Below the pieces are notes generated by a model that saw only the letters and a list, made by a program, of their open reading frames with translations, was not told where the DNA came from and searched no databases. Shown here one piece after another: positions 1 to 10,618 of a stretch of DNA of 30,286 nucleotides; the stretch's first letter is position 1; every line of letters starts with the position of its first letter. The position numbers and the translations under genes are program-made. The stretch is from an uncultured Actinomycetes bacterium (GTDB taxonomy: Bacteria > Actinomycetota > Acidimicrobiia > Acidimicrobiales > Microtrichaceae). The DNA is taken from positions 1 through 30,286 of the forward strand of contig CAJBIS010000274.1 of assembly GCA_903953195.1 (NCBI GenBank). Reading direction: 5' to 3'.

Positions 1-663
1 CGCCGACGACGCGGCGTTGCGGGCCGAGCTGCGCGACGCCGGCCTGGATGTCGTCGAGGAACACGGGGTCGTCACCGGTGAGGTGCGTGGACTCGAAGTG
101 GCCCGGCTGGTGGTGTGGCCCGCCTCGACGGGCGGTGACGACGCCGTGCACATCGAGGCGGGCGTCGGTCGATTCGACCGTGACGCCACGGCGGCGATGC
201 ACGACGGCGAGTCGCCCGAGGCGACGCTGCGTCGGGCCATCGACCTGGTGGAGATGCACCGGACGGCCCGCACGCCGACGCACCCGCTGGCGTTGATGGC
301 CCGGGAGCGGTGGCTGCGCCACTCGGTGCTCGAACGCCCGGCACTGGTGGGCGCGAGTGAACTCGAGCCGATCGCCACCACGGTGCTCCGGACGAGCGTC
401 CGTGAACCGTCACCGGCGGCCGCGCTCGGACGCGGCGCCGACGGGTCGGCACTCGTGGTGGTGTGCTCGGTGGGCGCGGACCTGTCGCTGGTTCCGGTCG
501 CCGCGGACACCCGGGCGCAGATCGCTCCAGACGCGGCGCTGGTCCTCGTCGTCCCCGAACGTGATCGACTGCCGAGTATCCAACGGCTGGTCTCGATGGC
601 GCGCGGCCCGGTCGAGCTGCGGTCCGTGACCGTGCCGTGGGAGACGGCCCCCGAGGCCACCTC

Positions 664-667
<4 letters not shown>
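1..667 (+). CDS. Hypothetical protein, 5'-partial, coupled to prfA
   Basis: Frame is open from base 2 (ADDAALRAEL...) to TGA 665-667, with typical high-GC codon usage. The stop overlaps the prfA start as GTGA at 664-667. Confidence 0.75.
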
Positions 668-1739
<1,072 letters not shown>

Positions 1740-1743
<4 letters not shown>

Positions 1744-2624
1744 CCGACGGGTCGCCGCCCACCTGGCGGATGCTGCAGGCCGAGGCGGTCGACGGGCTCC
1801 GCGCCGGAGGTGTCGAGTCACCCGAGACCGAGGCGCGCCGCATGGTCGAGGAGGCCTCCGGATGCACCGGCACCGAACTGGTGATGGCGCTCGACGAGGT
1901 GGCGGTCGAGCGTGCCGCCGCCCGGTTGCGCTCCATGATCGAACGGCGCACGGCGGGGGAGCCGCTGCAGTACGTGCTCGGCAGCTGGGGGTTCCGGCAC
2001 CTCGATCTCATGGTTGATCGCCGTGTGCTGATCCCGCGGCCCGAGACCGAGTCGGTGGTCGACGCCGTGCTCGCCGAGATCGACCGGATCTCAGCGACGC
2101 GTCAGCCGGTCGACGTCGTCGATCTGGGAACCGGATCGGGGGCGATCGCGTTGGCGGTGGCCTCGGAACGGACCTGCACCCGGGTCTGGGGCACCGATGC
2201 CAGCGAGGACGCGCTGGTGGTCGCCCGCGGCAACCTCGCCGGACTCGGGCGGGCGGCCGCGCGGGTGCGCCTGGCTGCGGGTTCGTGGTTCGAGGCCCTG
2301 CCGTCGTCGTTGCGGGGCGGTCTCGATGTCGTGGTGTCCAACCCGCCGTACGTCGACCCGTCGGCTCGACTGCCCGATGAGGTCCACGACTGGGAACCGC
2401 ACACCGCGCTCTACTCGGACTCGGCGGGCACGGCCGACCTGGACCGGATCATCGCCGAGTCGCCCGAGTGGCTGCGCGGCGACGGTGCGTTGGTGTGCGA
2501 GCACTCGCCGGAACAGACCGCCGAGCTCGTCGACCGAGCGGCGGCACGGTTCGCAGAGGTCGAGGTCCGACGGGATCTGGCCGGCCGTGATCGGGCCCTG
2601 GTCGCCCGCCGCCCACTCCGTTGA
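1740..2624 (+). CDS. prmC: Release factor glutamine N5-methyltransferase (PrmC/HemK)
   Basis: Motifs GEPLQYVLG, VLIPRPETE, VDLGTGSGAIA and VSNPPY. GTGA overlap with prfA. Confidence 0.97.
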
Positions 2625-2705
2625 ACCAACGCTCGTCCTCGGCCCGTGACGTCGCCGGGGCGCGACCGCCGGTGGGCGGTAGTGTCGGAAACAGGAGGTA
2701 GCGAC

Positions 2706-3125
2706 GTGACCCAGCAACGTGCAGACGACCCCGCCGTCCTCGACGGCGTTCCGTTCTTCGAGGACTTTCCGGCCGAGGAGCGTCGTCGGGTCCTCGGGTT
2801 GTCGAGCCCGACCGAGGTGGCCGCTGGTGCGGTGATCATCGACCAGGGCGACACGGCGCTCGACTGCTTCCTGATCGTCGAGGGTTCGGCCAGCGTGTAC
2901 CTGCGGGGCGAGTTCGTGGCCACCGTCGGGGCGGGCTCGATGGTCGGCGAGATGGCGCTCATCGACCACCGGCCGCGCAGCGCGACCGTCGTCGCCGAGA
3001 CCCCGATGCGCCTGCTCGCGTTCCGGACGAAGGACTTCCGCAAGCTGCTCGACGAGATGCCGAAGGCCTCGGAACGGATCCTGGCCGAGTTGCAGGCCCG
3101 GCTCGACCGCAATCGCGAGCAGTGA
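2706..3125 (+). CDS. Stand-alone cyclic-nucleotide-binding domain protein (139 aa)
   Basis: Contains VIIDQGD, CFLIVEG and the phosphate-binding cassette GEMALIDHRPRSATVVA, with no HTH. SD AGGAGG at 2693-2698 precedes GTG 2706. Candidate -10 TAGTGT at 2680-2685. Confidence 0.88.
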   Translation: MTQQRADDPAVLDGVPFFEDFPAEERRRVLGLSSPTEVAAGAVIIDQGDTALDCFLIVEGSASVYLRGEFVATVGAGSMVGEMALIDHRPRSATVVAETPMRLLAFRTKDFRKLLDEMPKASERILAELQARLDRNREQ

Positions 3126-3169
3126 GCTGCCGCTGACGCCGTCGGCCGCAGTGGGCCGATGCTCCTGCG

Positions 3170-4654
3170 TCAGGCGTCGAGGTGCAGTGTTCCGTCGGCG
3201 TCCATGGCCGCGGCCGTCCCGCCGACGTCGTCGGACTCGAACGTGGACATGAGGTCGTCGTCCGCACTGACACCCCACACCCGTGCGCCCGTCGGTGTGA
3301 GGCACGCGGCGTGCGCCCGTGACGGCGAGCCGTCGCGTTCGTGCATCACGGTCCACCCCTCGATGCTGACCGGCCCGGCGTACCCCTCGAGCACGTCCCG
3401 TCCGGCGACGGCGTCGATGGCCTCCTGCGGGCGGGCGGACCGGAATCCGTCGGTCGGGGGTGACGTCGAGTACACCCCGAACGCGTGCTTGTCGACGTTG
3501 CCGCCGTTCGCCGTGACGAGTCCGAGGCTGCCGGCGTCCTCGCGCAGCACGGCGACCATGGAGGCCACGGCGTGCGAGACGGGGTTGTTCCACGGACCGC
3601 CGGCGAAGGGCAGTCCGCCGTAGACCGTGAGGGTGCGGTCGGTGTCGATCCCGAGTTCGCGGCAGGCGAGCTGCACCGCGGACGGGAAGCACGAGTACAC
3701 GTCGAGGTGCTCGACCTCGTCGACGCGGGTGCCGGCGAGCTCGAGTGCCAGATTGCCGGCGACGCCGATCGCCGGTGAGCTCACCAGGTCGCGACGCTGC
3801 GACATCACCCGGTCCTTCCCGTCGGTGCCGGCGTGCGGGAACACCCACCGGTCGCTCGCCACGCCGAGGGCTCGGGCGCGCTCGACCGAGCAGACGATGC
3901 ATCCGGCCGCCATGTCCACGTCCGGATTGGCGACCATGCGCTTCGTGTACGGGAAGCCGACCAACCGGTTCTCCGCGGTGGGCGTGGTCAGTTCGTCGGC
4001 CGTGAGCGCCTCGCGCCGCCACGCGTACGGGTTGTCGACCGCGACCTGTGAGTAGCGCGCCCACATCTCGCCGATGTACGCCAGGTGCTCGGCGAGGGTC
4101 CGGCCCGAGTCGTGCCACAGCGCCGTCTCGAACAGCGGGTACGCCTGCGTCGGCATGGCGATGCCGTGGGTCAGCTCGGCGGGATGTCCCAGGACGAACG
4201 GGTCGCCCTCGGTCCAGTCGGCGACCACGTCGTCGCCCTGCTTCGTCCAGTCGACCGGTTCGCCGGAGCGCTTCGCGGCGACACGGGAGCGGTAGGCCTC
4301 CGCACCGACGACGACCCCGAGGTCGACGTCGCCCGCGGCGATCGCCGCGGACAGCTTCGTGATCAGCATCTGCGGGGTGTTGCCGCCCATCGCCGGGTAC
4401 CAGGTCGCGGCACCGGCCGCACCGAGCTGCGCGGCCAACAGTCGGCCCGGATCCCGGTACCCCCAGGAGATGACGGGAACCACGGCCACGATCTCGGCCC
4501 GGGCGGACGAGCCTGCGGCACCTGCGTCGATCTCGGCCGCCTCGATGGCGAGTCGCATGAGGTCGACGGGTTCGAGCGCCGGTTCACCCCGATCGGTGCG
4601 CTGGAGATGCTGCCCGACGCCGATGATCACCGGCGTGCGTGGATCGAGCGCCAT
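3170..4654 (-). CDS. Thiolase-like protein / acetyl-CoA acetyltransferase family (TLP1-type with extra C-terminal domain)
   Basis: Motifs [34 protein letters not shown] and [22 protein letters not shown] precedes ATG 4654. Candidate -10 TAGAGT at 4700-4705 on the minus strand. Confidence 0.8.
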   Translation of the reverse strand: MALDPRTPVIIGVGQHLQRTDRGEPALEPVDLMRLAIEAAEIDAGAAGSSARAEIVAVVPVISWGYRDPGRLLAAQLGAAGAATWYPAMGGNTPQMLITKLSAAIAAGDVDLGVVVGAEAYRSRVAAKRSGEPVDWTKQGDDVVADWTEGDPFVLGHPAELTHGIAMPTQAYPLFETALWHDSGRTLAEHLAYIGEMWARYSQVAVDNPYAWRREALTADELTTPTAENRLVGFPYTKRMVANPDVDMAAGCIVCSVERARALGVASDRWVFPHAGTDGKDRVMSQRRDLVSSPAIGVAGNLALELAGTRVDEVEHLDVYSCFPSAVQLACRELGIDTDRTLTVYGGLPFAGGPWNNPVSHAVASMVAVLREDAGSLGLVTANGGNVDKHAFGVYSTSPPTDGFRSARPQEAIDAVAGRDVLEGYAGPVSIEGWTVMHERDGSPSRAHAACLTPTGARVWGVSADDDLMSTFESDDVGGTAAAMDADGTLHLDA

Positions 4655-4786
4655 GGACACCTCTCCTCATGTCGGCGCCGGACCGGCGCGGGTGGACGGA
4701 CTCTACGGGGTGCCCGGCGGCTCGCCCCACTCCGCACGGGGGGTAGCATCCGGTCGTCGAGCGTCGTCTGCGAACCGCGAGGAACC

Positions 4787-6025
4787 ATGCCCTGGCCCAC
4801 TGACCGTGACACCGAGGTCTTCGACCTGCTCCGCCGCGAGGAGGACCGACAGAACACGGGCCTCCAGCTGATCGCGTCGGAGAACTTCACCTCACCGCAG
4901 GTGATGGAGGCCGTCGGTTCGGTGCTGACGAACAAGTACTCCGAGGGGTACCCGTCGAAGCGCTACTACGGCGGCAACGAGTTCGTCGACGAGGTCGAGG
5001 AGCTGGCGCGGCAGCGGGTGACGGCACTGTTCGGTGCCGACCACGCGAACGTGCAGCCCCATTCGGGAGCGAACGCCAACCTCGGGGTGTTCCTCGCGCT
5101 GCTCGAGCAGGGCGACACCGTGCTGGGGCTCAGTCTCGACCACGGCGGCCATCTCACCCACGGGTCGCCCGTGAACATCTCGGGCCGCTTCTACAACTTC
5201 GTCTCGTACGGCGTGACGCCCGGCGATGAGCGCATCGACCTCGACCCGGTCCGCGCGCTGGCGCTCGAGCACCGACCGAAGATGATCATCGCCGGTGCGA
5301 CGGCGTACCCCCGGACGATCGATCCGGCGCCGATCCGTGAGATCTGCGACGAGGTCGGCGCGCTGTTCCTCTTCGATGCGGCGCACATCGCCGGCCTGAT
5401 CGCCGGTGGCGCCCACCCGAACCCGGTGCCGTACGCCGACGTGGTCACGTTCACGACCCACAAGACGCTGCGTGGACCGCGCGGCGGCTGCATCCTGTCG
5501 ACGTCGGAGCACGCCGCGGCCATCGACAAGGCGATCTTCCCCGGCCTGCAGGGCGGCCCACTCGAGCACGTCATCGCCGGCAAGGCCGTTGCGTTCCGCG
5601 AGGCGTCGTCACCCGAGTTCCGTGACTACGCCGGTCAGATCGTCGCCAACGCCGGTGCGCTCGCCGAGGCGTTGGCGGGGGAGGGCTGCCGGCTGGTCTC
5701 GGGCGGCACCGACAACCACCTGCTCCTGATCGATCTGCGCAGCATCAGCGACGAACTCACCGGCAAGGACGCCCAGATCGCGCTCGACCGCGCCGGAATC
5801 ACGCTGAACAAGAACACGGTGCCCGACGATCCGCGCTCGCCGTTCGTGACGTCGGGTCTGCGGATCGGGACACCGAGCGTCACGACGCAGGGGATGGCCG
5901 AACCCGAGATGGAGCAGATCGCCGCGTGCATCGCACGCGTGCTGCGGGCCCCGTCGGACGACGGTGAACTGGCGTCGGTGCGCGAGGACGTCCGCACGCT
6001 CTGCTCGAAGTTCCCGGTCTACTGA
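4787..6025 (+). CDS. glyA: Serine hydroxymethyltransferase
   Basis: Motifs [37 protein letters not shown], the PLP-lysine motif [12 protein letters not shown], and SGLRIGT. Start at ATG 4787 after GAGGA. Candidate -10 TAGCAT at 4744-4749. Confidence 0.98.
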   Translation: MPWPTDRDTEVFDLLRREEDRQNTGLQLIASENFTSPQVMEAVGSVLTNKYSEGYPSKRYYGGNEFVDEVEELARQRVTALFGADHANVQPHSGANANLGVFLALLEQGDTVLGLSLDHGGHLTHGSPVNISGRFYNFVSYGVTPGDERIDLDPVRALALEHRPKMIIAGATAYPRTIDPAPIREICDEVGALFLFDAAHIAGLIAGGAHPNPVPYADVVTFTTHKTLRGPRGGCILSTSEHAAAIDKAIFPGLQGGPLEHVIAGKAVAFREASSPEFRDYAGQIVANAGALAEALAGEGCRLVSGGTDNHLLLIDLRSISDELTGKDAQIALDRAGITLNKNTVPDDPRSPFVTSGLRIGTPSVTTQGMAEPEMEQIAACIARVLRAPSDDGELASVREDVRTLCSKFPVY

Positions 6026-6065
6026 TCCTCCCGCTCCGGGCCCCGGCACCCGCGGGGCCGAGGGC

Positions 6066-6071
6066 TAGCCT
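6066..6071 (+). promoter_or_regulatory. -10 element (TAGCCT) of a probable leaderless wecA transcript
   Basis: TANNNT lies exactly 6 nt before GTG 6078 and there is no SD. Confidence 0.65.
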
Positions 6072-6077
6072 CGCGTC

Positions 6078-7181
6078 GTGCAGTCGTACCTGATCGTCCT
6101 CGCTGTCGCGGTCGCGGTGACAGCGGCGGCGGTGCCACCGCTCCGACGCCTGTCGGAGCAGGTGGGTGCGATGGCGGAGCCCGGCGACCGCTCCGTCCAC
6201 GAGCGGGCCACACCGGTCCTGGGCGGCACCGCGCTGTTCCTCGGCCTCCTCGCCGCCACGTTCACGGCGTGGCTGCTGCCGGACTTCGATCCGCTGTTCG
6301 AGCGTCCCGGCAACATCCTCGGCGTCCTCGCCGCCGCGGCGGTGATGTGGCTCATCGGCCTCGTCGACGACCTCCGTGACGTGTCGCCACCGGCGAAGGT
6401 CGCCGGCATGGTGTTCGCCGGCAGCATCCTCACGCTCGTCGGCGTGACCATCATCTACTTCCGCGTTCCCTTCCTCGGCTTCACGGTGCTGCCCGTCGAT
6501 CTGTCGGCACTCGTGTCGGTGTTGTGGGTGGTCGGCATGGCCAACGCGGTGAATCTGATCGACGGGCTCGATGGACTGGCTGCGGGCATCGTCGCCATCG
6601 CCTCCGGGTCGTTCTTCCTCTACGGCTGGCGACTCCTCGAGGTCGGCGTGCTCGACGCGTCGAACATCGGGCCGCTCGTGGCGATCGTCACGGTGGGCAT
6701 CTGCGTCGGGTTCCTCCCGTTCAACTTCCACCCGGCGAGCATCTTCATGGGGGACAGCGGCGCGCTCATGCTCGGCCTGCTGCTGGCCTCGTCGACGATG
6801 GCGGTGGGCGGGCAGTCGGACGACCCGTTCTCGGGTCAGGCGTGGTTCTTCTTCGCCCCGCTCGTGATCCCGCTGCTGATCCTCGGTGTGCCACTGCTCG
6901 ACACGTTGCTGGCGATCGTGCGGCGGGCCACACGTCGGACGGGCGTGGCGACCGCCGACAAGGAGCACCTGCACCACCGGCTCATGGAGATGGGCCACGG
7001 CCAGCGCCGGACGGTGGTGATCCTGTGGGCGTGGACCGCGTTGCTGTCCGGGTTCGTGCTGATCCCCGTGTACACCAGTCGCGGCAACGGCATCGTGCCG
7101 CTCGGCATCGCGGCGCTGGCGCTGATCCTGTTCACGATGATCGCCCCGCGGTGGCGGGCCCGGCAGTCCGCGCTCGGCTGA
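6078..7181 (+). CDS. wecA: Undecaprenyl/decaprenyl-phosphate GlcNAc-1-phosphate transferase (WecA/Rfe/TagO, MraY family)
   Basis: Multi-TM protein with GLVDD, NAVNLIDGLDGLAAG, FNFHPASIFMGDSGA and HLHHRL. Sits at its usual position upstream of the atp operon. Confidence 0.92.
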   Translation: MQSYLIVLAVAVAVTAAAVPPLRRLSEQVGAMAEPGDRSVHERATPVLGGTALFLGLLAATFTAWLLPDFDPLFERPGNILGVLAAAAVMWLIGLVDDLRDVSPPAKVAGMVFAGSILTLVGVTIIYFRVPFLGFTVLPVDLSALVSVLWVVGMANAVNLIDGLDGLAAGIVAIASGSFFLYGWRLLEVGVLDASNIGPLVAIVTVGICVGFLPFNFHPASIFMGDSGALMLGLLLASSTMAVGGQSDDPFSGQAWFFFAPLVIPLLILGVPLLDTLLAIVRRATRRTGVATADKEHLHHRLMEMGHGQRRTVVILWAWTALLSGFVLIPVYTSRGNGIVPLGIAALALILFTMIAPRWRARQSALG

Positions 7182-8906
7182 TCAGCCGACGAGCACCGTC
7201 TCGGTGTCGACGCCGGAGCGGAGCACCCGGCCGGGCGTCCGGCCCGTGGTCGCACCGTCACGGATGACCTCGACGCCGGCGACCCAGACGTGCTCGATGC
7301 CGACACTGCCGGCATAGAGGCGCTCGGTCCCGCCCGGCAGGTCGTCGACGAGCGACAACCGCTCCGAATCCACGGTCTCGGGATCGAGCAGCACCAGATC
7401 GGCGTGGGCCCCCTCGCGGATGACACCGCGGTCCACCAGTCCGAACAGGTCGGCGGGCACCGAGGTCAGCATGCGCACCGCGTCCTCGGGGGTGGTGAGC
7501 TTCCGGCCCCGCAGGCAGTCCGCGAGGAAGCGGGTCGGGTAGTTGGCGCCCTGCATCCGGTCCAGGTGGGCACCGGCGTCGGACCCGCCGAGCATGACCG
7601 ACGGGTGCTGCCAGGCCTGACGTCGCAGGTCCCACGATTCGGCGTCGTTGTCGGTGGCGCTCGGCCACAGCACGGTGCGGAGTTCATCGGCGATCACGAC
7701 GTCGAGCAGCGTGTCGAACGGTTCGGTGCCTCGTTCCGCGGCGATCTCGTCGACCCGGCGGCCGCTCAGCCCCTCGTTCTCCGGGGAGAACGTGTCGCCG
7801 ATGACGTAGCCGTCCCAACCGGTGAGTCGGGCGAACACGCCGGCATCCGGGGACGCGGCCCGCTCCTGCATGAAGCGTCGGGTCTCGGGATCGCGGAGGC
7901 GTTCGATGCGCTCGGGCACCGGCAGGCCGAGGATGTCGCCCCAGTCCGGCATCATGTTCAGCGCGCAGTAGTTGAGGAAGCTCATGTTCATGCCCACGAT
8001 CACGGGCATGGTGAGCGCCACGACCCGGGCGCCCTCCTCGGCGCAGCGGTCCATGGCGGCGAGCTGGTTCCGGTAGCGCTCCGGTGCGTGCGAGTCGACG
8101 GTGAGCACGTTCCAGTTCAGCGGGCGTCGCCCGGCGCGCGAGAACCGGATCATGAAGTCCACCTCGTCGTCGTCGAAGCCGTCGAGGCAGCCGTCGGACG
8201 CGAACTCGAGCGTCGTGCCCTCGTGGTCCGCCACGACCGAGGCGAGTTCGACGAGTTCGTCGACGGTCGCCCGCCGTGACGCCACCGGCACGCCGTCGCC
8301 GTCGGAGTGGGTCCGGGCCCGCGTGGTGGAGAAACCGAGGCCGCCCGCCCGGATGCTCTCGGCGAGCAGGTCCTTCATGGCCTGCAGCTGGTCGTCGCTG
8401 GCGTCAGCGGTCGTGGACTCGGCGCCCATGACGGTGCGGCGCAGTGCGCAGTGTCCGACCAGGAATCCGGCGTTGACACCCAGGTTCCCGTCGAGGCGGT
8501 CCAGGTACTCGCCGAAGCTCGACCAGTCCCACTCGATGCCCTGCTCGAGCGCCACCAGCGGCATGCCCTCGACCTTCGCCATCATCCGCCGGACGTAGTC
8601 GCCGTCGCCGGGAGCGAGGGGAGCGAGGGTGAAGCCGCAGTTGCCGGCGATCACGCTGGTCACGCCGTGCATGGCGGACGGCGAGGCGGTGGGATCCCAG
8701 AAGAGCTGGGCGTCGTAGTGCGTGTGCGGGTCGATGAACCCGGGCGTGAGCACGTGGCCACCGGCGTCGACCACCTCGTCGGCGCCGTCGAGCGTTCCGG
8801 CGGGAGCGATGGTCGTGATGCGACCGTCGGTGACACCGACGTCGGCGTCGCGGGCGGGGGCGCCGGTGCCGTCGATGATCCGGGCGTGTCGGATGATGAG
8901 GTCCAT
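7182..8906 (-). CDS. N-acyl-D-amino-acid deacylase-like amidohydrolase (574 aa)
   Basis: Motifs IIDGTG, PGFIDPHTHYD, GVTSVIAGNCG, GGSDAGAH and ADLVLLDP. SD GGAGG at 8915-8919 precedes ATG 8906. Substrate unknown. Confidence 0.88.
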   Translation of the reverse strand: MDLIIRHARIIDGTGAPARDADVGVTDGRITTIAPAGTLDGADEVVDAGGHVLTPGFIDPHTHYDAQLFWDPTASPSAMHGVTSVIAGNCGFTLAPLAPGDGDYVRRMMAKVEGMPLVALEQGIEWDWSSFGEYLDRLDGNLGVNAGFLVGHCALRRTVMGAESTTADASDDQLQAMKDLLAESIRAGGLGFSTTRARTHSDGDGVPVASRRATVDELVELASVVADHEGTTLEFASDGCLDGFDDDEVDFMIRFSRAGRRPLNWNVLTVDSHAPERYRNQLAAMDRCAEEGARVVALTMPVIVGMNMSFLNYCALNMMPDWGDILGLPVPERIERLRDPETRRFMQERAASPDAGVFARLTGWDGYVIGDTFSPENEGLSGRRVDEIAAERGTEPFDTLLDVVIADELRTVLWPSATDNDAESWDLRRQAWQHPSVMLGGSDAGAHLDRMQGANYPTRFLADCLRGRKLTTPEDAVRMLTSVPADLFGLVDRGVIREGAHADLVLLDPETVDSERLSLVDDLPGGTERLYAGSVGIEHVWVAGVEVIRDGATTGRTPGRVLRSGVDTETVLVG

Positions 8907-8967
8907 GGGGGTCGCCTCCAGGTCACGGCGCCGTCTCGACGGCGCGGTCGCAGGTGCTTGCGCAGTT

Positions 8968-8984
8968 TCTGACACTCTGTCAGA
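8968..8984. promoter_or_regulatory. Operator-like inverted repeat TCTGACA-CTC-TGTCAGA
   Basis: Perfect 7-bp arms with a 3-bp spacer, relatively AT-rich, in the divergent intergenic region between the amidohydrolase and the ABC operon. Confidence 0.55.
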
Positions 8985-9124
8985 TTGCTGCCCGGAACGC
9001 AGCGTCGGCCCGGCGGTTCATGCCGACGCGGTCCCGCCGTTGCCCGGTGCGCAGCGGCTGCATCGTGCTAGACACATCGCTACCGATCGGCGCTCAGGTG
9101 CCGGTCCAGACGTCAGGGGGACGA

Positions 9125-10549
9125 ATGAAGCGCATCCTGGTGGTCCTGCTCGCGGCGGTGGCGCTGCTCGCAACGGCGTGCGGAGCGTCCGGCGACGAGT
9201 CGGGCTCAGCGAACGAGGAGTCCGGCGGCGGCTCGACGACGACCGCTGCGACCGAGGCGGCGGGCGGAGCGTTCGGTGACCTCAAGGGCGTGTGCGGCCC
9301 CGGCGACGCGCAGGTCGATCCGGCCGAGGCCGGCGCGACGGCGGCCCCCGGCACCATCACGCTCGCGGTGGCGAACGATCGCGGCTCGGAGATCCGACCC
9401 GGTCTCAACAAGGAGATCTACGACGCCTCGGTGTCGTTCAGTGAGTGGTGCAACGAACAGGGTGGCATCGACGGGCTGAAGATCAACCTGATCGACTCCG
9501 ACGGGAAGCTGTTCGAGGTCGAGTCGGCCATGACCAAGATCTGCACCGATGCGTTCGCCATGGTGGGCGGTGCGTTCACGCAGGACGAGCTCGAGTTCAG
9601 CGGCAAGGACGGCTCGGACTTCCACAAGTGCAACATGATCGACGTGCCGGCGTTCGCGGTCTCGGCCGTGAAGGGCCTCTCGAACGGTCAGGTGCAGCCG
9701 CTGCCGAACCCGGTCACGAAGAAGTCGACGCAGTGGATCATGGACTTCAAGAAGCTGTACCCGGAGGACGCGAAGAAGAACATCGTGGTCTACGGCGAGC
9801 TGCCCCCGCTGATGCTCGTGAAGGAGCAGTACGACGCGGCGGTGCAGTCCGTTGGCGGGATCGAACAGCTGCCGGCCCTGCCGTACCCGGTGACCGGCCT
9901 GTCGGACTGGACCCCGCTGGCACAGAAGGTGAAGGACTCCGGAGCGACGTCGCTCTACTGGGTCGGTGAGCCGTCGAACGCCGCGAACCTGTTCAAGGCA
10001 CTGCGTGACCAGGGGTGGACGGGCACCATCCTCAACGAGACCAACATCTACGACCCGCAGGCGTTCTCGGCCGGCAACACCGCCGCCGAGGGCATCGTCG
10101 TCCGCACCGCCTCCCACCCCTTCGAGGAGGCCGACAAGTGGCCGGCGGTGAAGCAGTACCAGGACCAGCTCAAGCAGTACGTCCCGGACGGCAAGCAGGC
10201 GGCACTGGGTCTCCAGAGCACCTCGGCCTGGCTGCTGTTCGCGACGGCGGCGAAGGCCTGCGCCGAGAAGAACAACAACACGATCACCCGGAAGTGCATC
10301 CTCGAGGAGGCTGCGGCGCAGCGGGAATGGACCGGTGGTGGTCTCCACGTCCCGACCTCTCCGGGCCGGACCACGCCGCCGGAGTGCGGCATGTTGATGA
10401 TCGCCAAGAACGGTGCGTTCGAGCGTCTCTACCCGGAGATCGGTGGGACCGACGACGACCAGGACGGGTTCCACTGCCCGCCGAACTCGATCGCCACGGT
10501 GCCCGGTGACCGCGGCGCGCCGAAGATCAACCCGAACTTCCCGAACTGA
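9125..10549 (+). CDS. ABC transporter substrate-binding lipoprotein (Liv / periplasmic-binding type 1 fold)
   Basis: Signal peptide MKRILVVLLAAVALLATA-C with a lipobox. Contains NEQGGIDGLKINL, typical of type-1 PBPs. Lies upstream of Liv-type permease and ATPases. Start at ATG 9125. Confidence 0.85.
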   Translation: MKRILVVLLAAVALLATACGASGDESGSANEESGGGSTTTAATEAAGGAFGDLKGVCGPGDAQVDPAEAGATAAPGTITLAVANDRGSEIRPGLNKEIYDASVSFSEWCNEQGGIDGLKINLIDSDGKLFEVESAMTKICTDAFAMVGGAFTQDELEFSGKDGSDFHKCNMIDVPAFAVSAVKGLSNGQVQPLPNPVTKKSTQWIMDFKKLYPEDAKKNIVVYGELPPLMLVKEQYDAAVQSVGGIEQLPALPYPVTGLSDWTPLAQKVKDSGATSLYWVGEPSNAANLFKALRDQGWTGTILNETNIYDPQAFSAGNTAAEGIVVRTASHPFEEADKWPAVKQYQDQLKQYVPDGKQAALGLQSTSAWLLFATAAKACAEKNNNTITRKCILEEAAAQREWTGGGLHVPTSPGRTTPPECGMLMIAKNGAFERLYPEIGGTDDDQDGFHCPPNSIATVPGDRGAPKINPNFPN

Positions 10550-10550
10550 C

Positions 10551-10600
10551 CGACCTCGGAGCCGACGGTGCGTGCATCGTCGGCTCCGACGTCGAGGTCG
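10551..10600 (+). terminator. Long GC-rich hairpin between the SBP and permease genes (attenuator or mRNA stabiliser)
   Basis: TCGGAGCCGACGGTG (10556-10570) pairs with CATCGTCGGCTCCGA (10575-10589) with one G-U. An outer CGACCTC/GAGGTCG pairing is also possible. No U-tract. Confidence 0.6.
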
Positions 10601-10618
10601 AGTGGAGCACCGCTGTAG

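Noticed and set aside
4085-4786. Apparent N-terminal extension making GlyA 646 aa
   Set aside because: It overlaps the thiolase-like gene on the other strand. An SD and -10 sit just before ATG 4787, where SHMT homology begins.
4655-4786. ZTP (pfl) or other riboswitch upstream of glyA
   Set aside because: No CGCCTGGG-type ZTP 3' element is present, and the candidate -10 at 4744-4749 leaves only about 30 nt of leader.
9040-9080. Promoter for the SBP operon (TTGCCC ... TAGACA)
   Set aside because: The spacer is 23 bp and the hexamer lacks the final T, so it is too weak to call.
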